Part shown: positions 38,175-52,436 of the stretch, one piece after another
How positions within the stretch are numbered: the first letter of the stretch is position 1
How the letters are laid out: the number at the start of each line of letters is the position of its first letter
Made by a program: the position numbers and the translations under genes
NCBI RefSeq assembly: GCF_009914755.1
Contig: NC_060945.1
Reading direction: 5' to 3' (one strand)
Length of the DNA stretch: 64,000 bases
Source of the DNA: the human T2T-CHM13v2.0 reference genome, Homo sapiens
Notes under the pieces: model-generated
The model's database searches: none
Seen by the model: the letters and a program-made list of their open reading frames with translations, nothing else
Told to the model about the DNA's origin: nothing

Positions 38175-40587
38175 GTACGCGCCCACTCTTGGCTCTTTGG
38201 GCCACAAAATCAAGCATCCCGAAGACACAGGTTTATCTCATCCACTTCTCGGAATGAAAACAAGTGTCCGGCTGACCCAGGGCCACCAGGATCCACGTGC
38301 CCCCGGAGACTGTGCCCACCGGCTCTTATGCGAAGGGTGACTTCGGGCTGGGGCTGGTGGATAGGTCAGTCAACCTCATCATCATTGGCCACTTGCCAAC
38401 TTTTTACCAGTCAGCTCATGCCATGACCCCTTGCAGCTCTCGTAGAAAAACAGACGGTCCAGGAAGGAGTAAGCAGTTTAGATGAGGAGGGAAGAAACGA
38501 CTGTGGGACTCGATTCTGGCCTCTTCTGGGGACCTGGGGCAGGGCGGCTGATGGATGAAAAGGAGCCCCTTGATCCTCTTGCCCTTGGAGTCACCCAGCA
38601 TGGAAGAAGCTTGAGCTGGTTGTAGCTGCCAGAGTGCTCAGGCTCTGGCAAGGGCCTTGTGAATGACAAACAGAGGATAACGCACACGTGACATCTTGGA
38701 CAACCTTGATTATCACTTAGCAAAGCCAGAGGGTGATGTCCAGTCCATGGGTGAATTGAGGCAGGCAAACTCAGGAGTGCAGATCCCACCCCAGTCCCAG
38801 CCCTTCCCTGCAGATCTACTCAAGGCTGGACTCACCACAGTCCTGACCTTTTTATGAAATTCATCAGTCCACTGGTCAGTGCCCAGGCAGCACGTGCAGC
38901 ATAGACAATGCCTGTCATCGGAGGTGCTTGAGGCCCTGACCTGGTTTCTTCACATAGCACTGCCACAGGACCACACTGGCCACAGCTTGTTTGCCATAAG
39001 TTGTGGGCAGCAGTGGGGGTTGCTGAGTCCCCCCAAGAGGTCAGGGGCTTCAGAGGAGCCCAACTCCCGGGCCCAGCCCAGTGACACCAGCCAGGTGCCT
39101 GCAGGAGGGCTTAGCTCTCTAGCTACGCCTGCCTCAGCAGCCAGATGAGAGGTTACGCACATGAAGAGCATGCCTGCCGTGGGTCATTGTCACTCAGCAA
39201 TTAGGCATCAGACACCCGAATCTCCCTTTCTTGCTCCATTTTCCTCTGCACCTGAGTAGAAACATGCTTCCCCTGCAAAATGTCTCCAGGGTGGTGTGTC
39301 CCAATTATGATCCAGACATTTCCGAGCGCCCTGGATTCTTGAGCCACCAGGTGAGCATTGTCCAAATAGGGCAGCTCAACCCCCCTGGGCCACACTGGTA
39401 GAGGTCTGCATGGATTTTCCTGGGGACTGTCCGGGGCAGCCCCGGCACCACCTGCTCCCAAAATGTTGCTCTTGCTTCTGCAAATGGGTCTCCCACACAT
39501 GCGCTCTGATGCATTCCTCCTGTCCCTGCCCCGCTTCCCACAGTCCCATATACACATACCAAGCCTCCAGCCCCAGGCGCTCCTGGGGGCCCACGTAACC
39601 AAGGGTGGCAGCACTGCACACACCAGCTGCTGACAGTTCCTCAAACCCATGAGGCTTTGTGGCCAAAGCTCCACCCACTCCTTGGACCCTTCACCCCCTT
39701 CCATAGATGCCAATCTTGAACTTCCAAACTCCTGGACTTTCTTATGCTGGTCACGTGGCGTTCACCCTGCCCCTACCCCAAAATAAGCTGGACTTGCTCA
39801 TGCATATCAGAAAATACAAAGGGGGGGCTCTACCAAATGATGGGCCCCCAAATCAGGGCAGCTGGAAAGGGAGCACTCAGGACCCTCCCCGACCAGCCCA
39901 TCACCGCCCCTCGCCCACAGCCTCTGCAAGCGTGAGGAAAGAATCACCCTAGGGTCAACACCAGCCTCACTCAGACCCCCCTGCCAGTTGGCATTTTTGT
40001 AAATTTCATCTGCCTGAGGAATTTCTAGACATTAGAAAGAGGAAGGAAAGAAAGAAAAGAAAAGACAAAAACAAAAAAGGCTTCACCACAAAGCTCTGTT
40101 CTCACACATCCATTTCACAGATGAAGGGATGGAGGTCTAAAGGTTCACTTTGTGCTTTTCTTTTGGGTCTGAAAACTCAATGTCTGTGTCTTTTTGTGAT
40201 GCTGAATATGAGAATATGAGTCACTCCTTAAGTGGTGGATGGCAATCTCCACCTCAGCCTGCAGACCTTTGTGGTGGGGGCTGTTCTACTCATTGTAGGA
40301 TGTACCACCTTGTAGGACCTCTACCTGCTAGGTGTCGGCAGCACCTCCATCCTCAGTTGTGACAATCAGAAATGTCTCCGGAATTACCCAGTGTCCCCTG
40401 GCTAGGGGACATCCCCCACGGGGCACCGCCAGGGCAGATGTTGGTGCCATTCAATGGTGGCAGTGCCAGCCTGGGCAGTCGCAGACCCTCCAAAGTAGAG
40501 GTGTGCCTGACAGTTGGCTTTGGAGCTAGTCTGAAATTGATGGACTTGCTATAAGATATTAACAAGTGATTTAAAACTCTGTTCCAG

Positions 40588-40725
40588 ATCCCTTCCCTGG
40601 GCATGTGCTTCTGTGAAGAAAATAAAGAGGAAGGAAAATGGGAGTTGGTGAACCCACCGGTGAAGACCCTGACCCACGGGGCGAACGCAGCATTTAACTG
40701 GAGGAACTGGATCTCAGGCAACTGA
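40588..40725 (+). CDS. UBASH3A: UBASH3A exon 15, coding part: IPSLGMCFCEENKEEGKWELVNPPVKTLTHGANAAFNWRNWISGN-stop
   Basis: gttccag|ATC acceptor; TGA at 40723-40725; matches the recalled C-terminus. Confidence 0.97.
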   Translation: MPSLGMCFCEENKEEGKWELVNPPVKTLTHGANAAFNWRNWISGN

Positions 40726-41205
40726 GAGCCACGGTGATGTTGTCATAACCTCAGAGTGGAGAGGCAGAAACCATGTGCAGAGGCTGGGAGATGCTGCTGT
40801 TTCCAGAGGCGTCTTAGTCTCACCCAATGTGATTTGTAGAAGCACGAGACGCACTTTTATATCCCGGAATATTTCCCTCCGGCTTTCGCCTTTGTAACTC
40901 CCATCTGTGGACCCATCGTCCACCAGCCCAGCTGCGGGGAGCACAGGGCAGGTGGCTGGGTGAGGATGCCGCCCTGCAGCATGTACACCGAGTGTCTGCA
41001 GCTGGGGACACAACTGCCCGGGACTCTAACTTCCAGGAATTAAAGACTCACCACACACGAAGGATCTAACCACTTCATTTTCCATGGTCTAATCATTAAA
41101 TTCCCAATCGTTTTTTCTTTTTCTGGGTCCATCACTCTTTAGCCATATCCACATGGGCTAAAACAGGTGTAATAGTCAATAAAATGGTCCCAGAAAACCA
41201 TCGAC
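40726..41205 (+). other. UBASH3A: UBASH3A 3' UTR (end approximate)
   Basis: Runs from the stop codon to about 20 nt past the AATAAA at 41178-41183. Confidence 0.75.
41178..41183 (+). terminator. Canonical polyadenylation signal AATAAA (an ATTAAA variant lies at 41095-41100)
   Basis: First AATAAA after the stop codon, followed by GT/T-rich sequence. Confidence 0.75.
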
Positions 41206-41315
41206 CAGGTCAAAACTGGGTTGCTGCTCCGTGCTGTCAACATTCATGTTACTATGTCTCTGTGGTTGCTGTAACCAATGACCACAAACCTGGGGGTCAT
41301 GGAAAGAACACAAAC

Positions 41316-41318
<3 letters not shown>

Positions 41319-41349
<31 letters not shown>

Positions 41350-41648
41350 CACATACACACATGCACATATGCATACAAAGACAGGCACACACGAGCATGC
41401 ACACACACAAACACGTGCACATACACATGCGCACACACATGCACACGCACATGCACACACACGCAGGTACACAAGCATGCAAACACACATACACATACAA
41501 ACGCGTGCATGCATACATGCACACATGAGCACACAAACACATGCACACACTTGCACACATGCACACAAAGGCATACACATGCAATGCACACACACAAACA
41601 CACATGCACACACAGGCACACACACGCTCACATGCACACACACACACG
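41319..41648 (+). repeat. (CA)n microsatellite plus CA/CATG-rich repeat just downstream of the poly(A) signal
   Basis: Read directly. Confidence 0.95.
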
Positions 41649-41649
41649 C

Positions 41650-42032
41650 TGACTCTCCTACGGTTCTGGAGGTTGGCATTTTCTCAGCAGGCTATGTTTC
41701 TTCTGGAGCCTCCAGGGGAGGATCCTTGCCTTTTCTCACTTTTAGAGGCCACCTGCATCCTCCCTCCTCAAGTACAGCGGCGTAGCAGCCTCCAAGCTCT
41801 CTCAGTCTCTGCCTTCACAGCCACATCGCCTTCTGCTTCTGACTCTCCTGCCTCCCTCCTACAAGGGCCCTTGTGTTGACACTGGGCCCACCCAATAACC
41901 CAGGATCAATTCTCATCTCAAGAGCCTTAACCACACATGCAAAGTCCCTTTTGCCACATAAAGTTGCATATTCCCAGGTCCCGGGGATTAGGACATGAAC
42001 ATCTTTGGGGGTTATCCTGTAGCCTGCCATAA
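41650..42032 (-). mobile_element. MLT1-type MaLR LTR, split from its other end (~41250-41310) by a CA-rich expansion
   Basis: ttctcatctcaagagccttaacc..gcaaagtcccttttgccacataaag..ggattaggacatgaacatctttgggg; boundaries approximate. Confidence 0.65.
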
Positions 42033-43762
42033 CATACCCCAATCCTTCCAAGCACAGCGGAGCTGCCCGTACAGGGCCTCGGACATAGGGATTTGAGACA
42101 CTCCCCTTGCAGGCCTTTTTTGGCTTCTCCTATTCTTGTTTCTGATCACGTAGAGGAGAGAAGAGGACTTTGCCAGTGGGAGAAGTAGGCTCCCCCGATT
42201 TAATGGGGCCCCAAAAGAAGGGCCACGAGCAAAGTGGAGTCTGTCCATGATGGTGATGCTGAGGAAGCTGGTCCAGCAGGGGATGGGGTCTCCCCAGTGG
42301 GGAGTCTCATGCCCCAGCCCACAGGTCACACCTGCTCCCACAGCCCACACATGTGGTGCCTCATGCTGCAGGCAGAGATCCCAGCACGGTGTAGTGACAG
42401 TCCATCGGTCTTTCATCTCTTCTAGCCCCCTGATCCAGTGCAGGTGTTATTTCATGATTGCAGTTTGGGGCTGTGGTGGTGGCTCTGTGAGTGCCTTTTA
42501 TAGTGTGAATGCAGAGACAGGGCAGGAAGGACCCATGCTGCACCCTCAGCCTCCCCTGTGAGCACCCAGGCAAGTGGAGGGCAGAACACAAAGGGAGCTC
42601 TTGTAGAAATAAAGATGGTGAACACCCCGGGCTGTGACAAAAACGGCCCACATTGTGTAGAATGCACAGGAGGCCAGACCCAATAAAAGTTTCCTTGCTG
42701 TTTTAGTCAATCAAACACGACCTCCTGAGAAAAAGACGCATCTGTCTGTCCCTTGTTTTATTTCACTAATGATGTAGTTTTTCTGTGTCCAAACATAAAG
42801 AAGTTTGAAGTTGACACAGCCACAGAGAGCAGAGCATGCACCCCACTCACAGGCCTGCTTCGAGTCCAGGCCATACCGAAATGACGTCTTCAGGGAGATT
42901 GTTCTAGACGCATCCCAGCAGATACCGACTAGAGAAGAGATGGATTCACTGGGATGTAGGTGGCTGGGCAGTACGTCCTGCAACAAATACACCCCACCGC
43001 TGGGCACCTGGGTGGTTGTTCTTTCTCCTCGGCAAGTGTGTGGTTGGGTCCAAGTCCCTCCTGGATACCACAGTGCCACGCTCGCTAATCATGATGATGA
43101 ATTAAAGTGCTGCAAGTCAAGGTATGGCATTGAAATCACAGTCACGTGTTCAGGTGGTCTGTAATGAATCTCTGGATTCACCTTCTCAGGGGTGAAGCTT
43201 CCAGGTCCTCCACCCTGGGCAAAGCCAGACACAGGTAATTCCCCTCTCATCCTGCTGGGCTGCTCACAGGTTTTGCAAGGAGAATGAGATGGGTTTGAAA
43301 CTCAGATCTCCAGATCTCCAGATCTAGTGTGCAAGAAATAGCATTTTCTCGATATTCTATGCTTCTGGTTCTGTCAGACCCTCATTCCACCCCCAAGGCA
43401 GAGGACCCCAGTTCAGTGGTTCTGTTCCTCCAGAAGGAACCATTCGCTGTATGGACTGAGCCTTGCGGACAGAGCTGGGCTGGAAAAGGGCAGAGACGGA
43501 AATGCCTGGTGGGATTATCATGATTGGGTGTAAACTGTCTACTCTATGAACCAATAGGAAATCCCAAAAAAAGAAAACAAAAGACACTCTTTTTTCCTTC
43601 CTCTCCCTGGGTGGGTCGCTTTGGTGTTTGTGAGCCAAGTCTGACCCCTGCTGACACCGTCTGGAAGTGGACGTCCTGTCACCAACGCCATCCCAACCCA
43701 TGCCCCACCCACATTCTCTTGTTGACTTCCTCACTGTGTGCTTGAAAAAAAAAACAAGCCTG

Positions 43763-44344
<582 letters not shown>

Positions 44345-45227
44345 CTAAGAAGAAAGAGCTATCATAACCGTCCACCAAAGTACATCTTATTTTAGAACCA
44401 AATTTGAGACTTTTTTAAACGTGATTCATATTGGTGCATATTATGGGCTGAGTTGAATGCTCCCTCCCCCACCCAAATTCAACCAGCCAACAATTCTGCA
44501 AGGATCAGAAGTCGGAAGAAAGGAAAATGGCAGCATCGAATGCACAGCCACAAATCCCAAGAAGGCCCCAGGAGCCTGGGAGTGGCTGCGGAGGAATTTA
44601 GGGCTGGATGGCCCACAGGACATGGTGAGAACCACTACCATGGGCTGAATTGTGTCCCCCTGAAAAGCTATGTTGGAGACTGATATGGTTTGGTTCTGTG
44701 TCCCCACCCAAATCTCATGTTGAATTGTAATCCCCAGTGTTGGGGGAGGGACCCTAACCCTAACCCTATAAACATGGTATTTTTTATATCCTCATATCCT
44801 CATACCATATTTAAACCTATGGTAAGCACCTGCTCTTCCACAGGAACAGCAGATAACTGGAAATCTTAGAGGCCTTCCCAGAACTGGGGTTCATCAGAAC
44901 ATGGGTGGCTCCTGACCCATCACTCCCAGACCCAGAGCTTATGCACCATAGGGGAGAGGTGGTTCAGAAGGGATGTGCAGGACAACTAAAGTACAGTAAC
45001 ATCGAGGTCGCTTGACCTGAGGGCAGGACCTATGGTAAGTACCTGCTTTTATGTAGGTATATACAGTAAAGGGAGCAGTCATAGCAGTGGGGGAAGGAAG
45101 GTGATTAAATAAATGACACTGGGACAACTGGATCACATTTGGGGAAAAGAAGGTTGGAATCACTCCTCATTCCTCATACCAAAAAAAAACATCAAAGATT
45201 TAAATATTTAAAAAAAAAGAAATCATG

Positions 45228-45666
<439 letters not shown>

Positions 45667-45850
45667 TCAGGCGTCCTCTGCACAATTCATGTCAGTCGTG
45701 TCTGCCTTGTCCTGTTGTTGCGGTCTCTCATCGTCTTGTCTGTCACTCCTTCCCAGGGGTTGCAATAGTGACCGTGTGCCGGGCTTCCAGGCAGCCCCAA
45801 GTCCAGTGGGACCAGTGACCCCCCTGCAAAGCTTCTCTGCTCCTATAGGC

Positions 45851-46073
45851 CAGGATTTCCCAGCCTTGGCACTATTGACATTTGGGGCCAGATACATCTT
45901 TGTCAGAGGACGCCCTGTGCATTGTGGGATGTCCAGCAGCATCCCTGGCCCTCCCCTACTGAAGCAGCAGTACGTCCCTCACCCCAGCCCACCAGTTGTG
46001 ATAAACAAAGATGTCTCCACATGCTGCCAAATGTCCCTGGGGGAGCAGGATCATCCCCAGCTGAGAAGTACCG
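45851..46073 (-). mobile_element. MER20 (hAT-Charlie) fossil; a more decayed copy lies at ~40245-40415
   Basis: ccttggcactattgacatttggggccag..gtgcattgtgggatgtccagcagcatccctggcc..gccaaatgtccctgggg. Confidence 0.8.
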
Positions 46074-46641
46074 ATGTATTCCCTTCACAGGTCTGCATGG
46101 AACCCTGGCCTCAGGGCTCCCACCAGGGCACTCAGGCATAGCGCGAATGGGCACAGGTGTGTTAGGAGTCTGGAGTCGCACATGTGCACTCCTGCTGAGC
46201 AGACAGACCTTTATGGAGACGAAGGTTGGAAAGGAATCGGTGCACATCTCGAGCTGAACACTTGTGTGATGCTGCTACGGAGGAAGTCCGAGCAGAACTG
46301 GAACTTTGCGGACACTGCCCCTGGACGTAGGTGTGGGCCTGGGCAGGGGGAGCCACGCGGAGGTGCGACCAAGTCCTGCACGGACCTCACTGCCTCCGTG
46401 TGATGTGGTGGCTGTGCTGTGAGGGCAGCTGAGCCCTGTGTCCAGCCTCGTAGTCCTCTTGGCTGGCCCCACACTCAAATTCTAGAACATTTAAGTGCAG
46501 TGCACCGTGGACACCACGAGGCTCCACACTGTTGGACTCCAGTCCTTTAGCCCAGCTGGGAGCAGCCCTGACACAATAATTCTTCAACAGAGGCTTCTCC
46601 TTAACCCTGTCTCATGCTTCTCCTCTCCCCTCATCCCCAAG

Positions 46642-48059
46642 GCCGACAGATGGTGGCTGCACACACATTCAGGAGATTGCAGGAAATAATTTCCAACAGC
46701 AAATGAGACATTAATTATTCAATGCAGATAAACATCAACAACAGCGCTTCATCCAAAGGAATTCCACTGGGATCCAGGGGCTCTGAGTTGGAGCCCAGTT
46801 CGGTCCTCTACTCATGGTGACCTCAGACACAGTCTCTGTGTCTCGGGCTCACTGCTGTAAAATCATGCGGCCTGTCGATGGGTCCATGTCACTTGCAGCA
46901 TCTTAGTCCTCATTCTGGAGGACACGTGCCCTCTTAGCAGTGAGCCCTGGAGGGGCTGACTCGCAGTGTCTGCTGTGTTTTCCAGTTTCCATGATGTAAA
47001 TGCACCAGGGCTGATTCTGGGCTGCCAGTGTTTTGACAATTGATTTGCAGACTGCGTGAAAATTTAAAACTCAGCTCTCTTGAGCTGATATGAGCCACCC
47101 CAGCCCACCCCTGCAGCAGGCACGAACGTTAGTTTGCAGGGAGAGGCCAGCTGAGCTGCTGCACAGACCTGCTGGGATCATCACAGCTGTGCGCTTCAGG
47201 CCAGTGCCTCTTCCTGTAAAAGGAAACAACATTCTCTCTACAGAGGATGGAAGGACAGAAGGGCTGAGGCCCATGTGCAGGCGGGGTCAGGAGAGAGAGG
47301 AGGCCAAGTCCCTGGGTCTAGGAAAGACGGGTGGGTGGAGCCAGGCCAGGGGCACTAAGTGGAACGCTGTCTGCTCCCTGCGGAGCACTGGACAGACTTT
47401 TGGTTCCAGGGATTCATCCCGAGCTGTGTCTCTTCCGGGATCCTTGGCCAGCAGCGACTCTGGCACCTGGAGCACACCTGAAGAGAGCCCCCAAGCTCTC
47501 GCCTCTCTCCAGCCCTGCTATCCAACCAGATGTTCCCACTCCTGCTCCTCCCTGCCTCATCGCCTCAGCCGCCCGGGGTGAGCCACCTACTCTCCCAAGG
47601 CAAGACACAGCCGGCATGCTTCACACACTCACCTTGAAGTTCAGGGTTGGAAGGTCAGTCCATCCAGCTGAAGTTCACTGCTAGAGATGTAATTGAATCA
47701 GCCCTGGCAGGAGCATTTGGACCACAGGAATAGGTAAACACGGCTGCGAGTCAGCCCCTCCAGGGCTCACTGCTAAGAGGGCACATCGTGTCCTCCAGAA
47801 TGAGGACTAAGATGCTGCAAGTGACGTGGACCCATCGACAGGCCACATGATTTTACAACGGTGGGCCCGAGGCACAGAGACTCTGTCCGAGGTCACCATG
47901 AGTAGAGGACGGAACTGAGCTTTAACTCAGATCCCAGTGGAATTCCTTCGGATGAAGCGCTGTTGTTGTTTATCAGCATTGAATAACTAATGTCTCATTT
48001 GCTGTTGGAAATTATTTCCTGCAATCTCCTGAATGTGTGTGCAGCCGCTGTCTGCCGGC
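46642..48059. repeat. Inverted duplication: arms 46642-46966 and 47744-48059, spacer 777 bp
   Basis: Manual alignment: about 19 substitutions and 3 indels; ORFs 46495..46689(+) and 48012..48203(-) both end LHTHSGDCRK. Confidence 0.95.
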
Positions 48060-49124
48060 GCGTGGGGGGTTCTTCATGAAAAGTGAGAGGGGTCCAGCTG
48101 TGTGAAAGGCCTTTGCAAATTGCCACAGCAAACTCCCAGAATTATGATGTACTTCTTCCTGTGTGGTTCCAAGTAAATGCCACTTCCGGCTGTCCAGTAC
48201 CATTTTTTCCTAGGACTTAAGGCCACAAAAATGGATTAAGAAACACACATGTATACATGCAATCTTCCTGGTGAAGTCTTCAAACAAAGTTCTCCAAGAA
48301 GTCATTAAAAAATTAATCATCTGGAAATGTCATGTTTCTCCTTCTCTCTCCAAAATGTATTTCTTTCAACCATTAACTCATTCTCTTTCATTGTGTCCCA
48401 TAGTGAGACAAAACTGTGTTAGGACAATAAACCAAGCAATTTTCCAAAGAAGCTATAGCACGAAAGCAACGTAAATCCCGAAGGAGAAACGCCTGCGAAT
48501 GAGCTCACCGAAGGCACACTCTCCTCCCAGGAGCCTCCCTGGAGAGGCAGCCCGTTTATTTGAGTTAGTGATTTTGGAAGACACACTGCACTTTCTTTGC
48601 CTCCAGCTTTCCTTGAGCCATTTTGTTCTCCTTGCGAGGTACTGATAGCACTTATTATCTAGAAAATATAACCAGACTTTGAGGAGAGGCAAGGGGCCCT
48701 ATAAATTATTTATTTTTTTGCTTCTCAAACTCTGGACCGAGGACCAGGATTACAGGCATTACCTGGAAGCTTGTTACAAATGCAGGGCCTCAGGCACCCC
48801 CGTCTCCGTGTCAGCAGCTGTGTCTTAGCAGGATCCCCAGGGCATTGCCTCACAGTCAGGGTGGTGCAAAAGTCCCGCCTGGCGTCCTGGTGAGTGGACC
48901 AGGAGGGGGCAGGTGAAGGCAATATTATTGGTCCTTCGACTCCAGACAAGAACTTGCAGCTTACCCTGAGGAAAGAAATTAGCCCATATGATGAAACACA
49001 ATCTGATGACGTAAGGATTTTTGTACTTATGCCCACATGTTTAGACATGGCAGCCCGCATCCTCTTAAACCTGAACTTTAACATACCGTGACTTAGAGCC
49101 ACAAACAACAAAACAGAGGGCAGG

Positions 49125-49603
49125 AACCAGAGTTCTCCAGAGAAACAGCCAGTGGGAAACAGGACCCACATCCATACGGATACAAACATACAGATACAGG
49201 CTGGGAGAGGGAAGGAGAGAGGGGCATTGGCTCACACTCTTACAGAAGCTGAGAAGCCCCACGATCTGTGGGAGCTGTTGGCCTCCCGTCTGGAGGCCAG
49301 TAGGCTCGAGACCCAGAGAGAATCGATGTTTTCATTCAAGTCCAATGGCAGGAAAAAGCCAATGCCTCAGTTCAAAGGCCGTCAGACATGAGGAGTTTCC
49401 TCTTAGCCTTTTGTTCCATTCAGACCTTCAACTGATTGGATGAGGCCCACCCACCCTGGGGAGGGCCGTTTGCTTGACAGTCTCCTGATTCGAATGTTCG
49501 TCTCATTCAGAAACCTCCTCACACACCCCCAGAGTGACACTGGGTCAAAACGTCTTTGCACCCTGCAGTCCAGTCAAATTCACATGTGCAATTGAGCTTC
49601 ACA
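49125..49603 (-). mobile_element. MLT2-type LTR
   Basis: agttctccagagaaacag..ccttcaactgattggatgaggcccacccac..cagtcaaattcacatg; boundaries approximate. Confidence 0.65.
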
Positions 49604-49709
49604 TTGGGCATTTCTGCCCTGGTAATGTCCTCCCATTACCAAAAACCTGGTATTTGTCCTTCTTTTCAGTGGGTTTCACAGCCCAGCAGCAGCTGGCCCT
49701 CTTGTAGAG

Positions 49710-50217
49710 CAGCAGTTCCCAGCCTTTTGGCACCAGGGACAAGTGTCGTGGAAGAAAATTTTTCCACAAACCAGGGTGGGGTGGGGGTGGGGAATGGTTT
49801 TGAGATGATTCAAGTGCAATTACATTTATTGTGCACACTTTATTTCTATTATCACGTTGTAATATATAATAAAATAATTATACAACTCACCATAATGTAG
49901 AATCAGTGGGAGCCCTGAGCTTGTTTTCCTGCAACTAGACAGTCCCATCTGGGGGTGATGGGAGACAGTGACAGATAATCAAGCATTAGATTCTCATAAG
50001 GAGCTCACAACCCAGATCCCTCACATGCACAGTTCACAGTAGCGTTCACAGTCCTATGAGACTAATGCCACCACTCATCTGACAGGAAGCGGAGCTCAGG
50101 CAGTAATGAGAGCAATGGGGAGTGGCTGTAGATACAGACGAAGCTTCACTTACTCATCCACCCACTGCTCATCTCCTGTTGTGCAGCCTGGTTCCCAACA
50201 GGGGTTGGAGGCCTCTG
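49710..50217. mobile_element. MER1A (hAT-Charlie) DNA transposon fossil
   Basis: ttttggcaccagggac..gtggaagaaaatttttccac..caactcaccataatgtagaatcagtgggagccctgagc; degenerate 8-bp TSD ttgtagag/ttacagag. Confidence 0.8.
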
Positions 50218-50282
50218 TTACAGAGGACCCTCTCCTGACCGCCAATGAGACCCATGAGCTCACCGTCTTGTCTGCCCTTCCA

Positions 50283-50339
50283 CAGCCCACGCTCCCTCCT
50301 CAGCCCACGCCCCCTCCTCAGCCCACACTCCCTCCTCAG
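50283..50339 (+). repeat. 18-bp unit x3 (cagcccac..tccctcct)
   Basis: Read directly. Confidence 0.85.
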
Positions 50340-50874
50340 GCTCAGCACTGGGAAGAGGTCGTCCTTCCTCACCTCAGCCCTCAAGTGTGGAGTCCGGCGC
50401 CTCAGTCATCCACTCAACAGACATTTATGAGGGAATGCTTGGGTGCCATTAACACTGCTGGGAAAGCAGCAGTGGATCAGATACAAGCTCACTCTCAAAG
50501 AGCTTATATTTCAGTGGAAGGTGGTGAGCAATGGACTAATAAGCCAGTGAACACGTAACACCTCCTCTGCCAATACGTGAGGTGAAGAGAAGACAGCAGA
50601 GAGGGGGACAGAGGCGGAATACAAATGTTATGTTAGCAGTGAACAATCAGTAAGTAAAATAAAAACATCACTTATAGTAGCATAAAGAAACCAGAAGCAA
50701 AAGAGGATGTACTGCATGATTCAATTTATATACAACTATTTAGAGACAAATCCAATCTGTGGTGACAGAAAGCAGCACATCAGACGCTTAATGCTGGGAG
50801 TAGGGGAATGGATTGCAAATGGGCACGAAGATATTTTCAGGCTGACGGGAATCTGTGTGCTGATTGTAGGGTGG

Positions 50875-51237
50875 TATATTAGTCTGTTCTCACGCTGCTA
50901 ATAAAGACATACCTGAGACTGGACAATTTATAAAGGAAAGAGGTTTAATGGACTCACAGTTCCACATGGCTGGGGAGGCCTTATAATTATGGCAGAAGAC
51001 GAAAGGCACATCATACATGGCAGCAGGCAAGACAGAGAATGAGAGCCAAGCGAAAGCAGAAGCCCCTTATAAAAATCATCAGATCTTGCAAGCCTCATTC
51101 ACTACCACGAGAACAGTATGGGGAAAACTGCCCCCACAATTCACTTATCTCCCACCAGGTCCCTCCCCAACATGTGGGAATTATGGGAGCTACAATTCAA
51201 GATGAGATTTGGGTGGGGACACAGCCAAACCATATTA
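50875..51237 (-). mobile_element. THE1 MaLR solo LTR inserted in an old L1 3' fragment
   Basis: tattagtctgttctcacgctgctaataaagacatacctgagactgg...gggacacagccaaaccatat; 5-bp TSD ggtgg. Confidence 0.88.
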
Positions 51238-51750
51238 GGTGGTCACATGGTTGCCTACATTTGTCCAAACTCATTGAACTGTTCACTTAAAATGGATGTT
51301 TTACTGTCTACAAAATATACTTCAAGAAAGCTGATATAACATGTTTTTAATTTTTTAATTAGATTGGGATATTAGGCTACTGGTACCAATGCCCAAGGGC
51401 TTCCCGTGGGCCCCACGGAGGGCCAGCTCTTGTCACACCCACCGGGTGAGGCACAGAGAGGCCAGTGTTCCCTGAACCCATAGCCAATGGCAACTGATAG
51501 AGCACTTTACATATATCTTTATGATGGTTAGGGTATTTGGATGATTCTGTTAATTTCTGAGTTGTCTACATTTTGGGGCGTTGGTTGAAAGCGACACTCT
51601 TACCATGTTCGCACAACACAGGAGCCAGATTTCGAAGTGGCACAGGCAGTCTAGGGTTGTAATTACATGAGCTCAGGTTGGTTCCTCCGTCCCTTAGCCA
51701 CCAACCCCCTTCCAGTCCCTCTTCCACATACCTCTCTTCATTCTGCGCTG

Positions 51751-52057
<307 letters not shown>

Positions 52058-52436
52058 GCTGTATTATTATTGACTCACATACATATCTTGCCATGACGTT
52101 GCAGGGATGCAACATGAGTTTACTACTCCATGCTCCTTCCACATAGCCACCCCCACTCCTGCCCAAGCCTGACTCCATACGCAGTGTTTGATCATAGTCC
52201 CCATTCCATAAACTGTGGTCATATTAAAAGTGAATAAAATAATCCCCAGAGTTTAGTTGTGTATCATTCTATTTCAATAGTTGTTTTTATTGTGGTGGTA
52301 AAACTAATATAACCTAGTTATAACACTCTTTATGATATTAATATAGCCTCTAATCTGTCAAAGTTTCTAATTTTGTGGGCACTCCTTTTTATTGTATTTG
52401 CAAAAAGCAGTAAAATCCGGGAATGCAGTGTACTCT

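Noticed and set aside
46642-48059. DNA transposon or MITE with long TIRs
   Set aside because: No TSD or transposase remnant seen, and the arms contain an older SINE-like fragment, so inverted duplication fits better.
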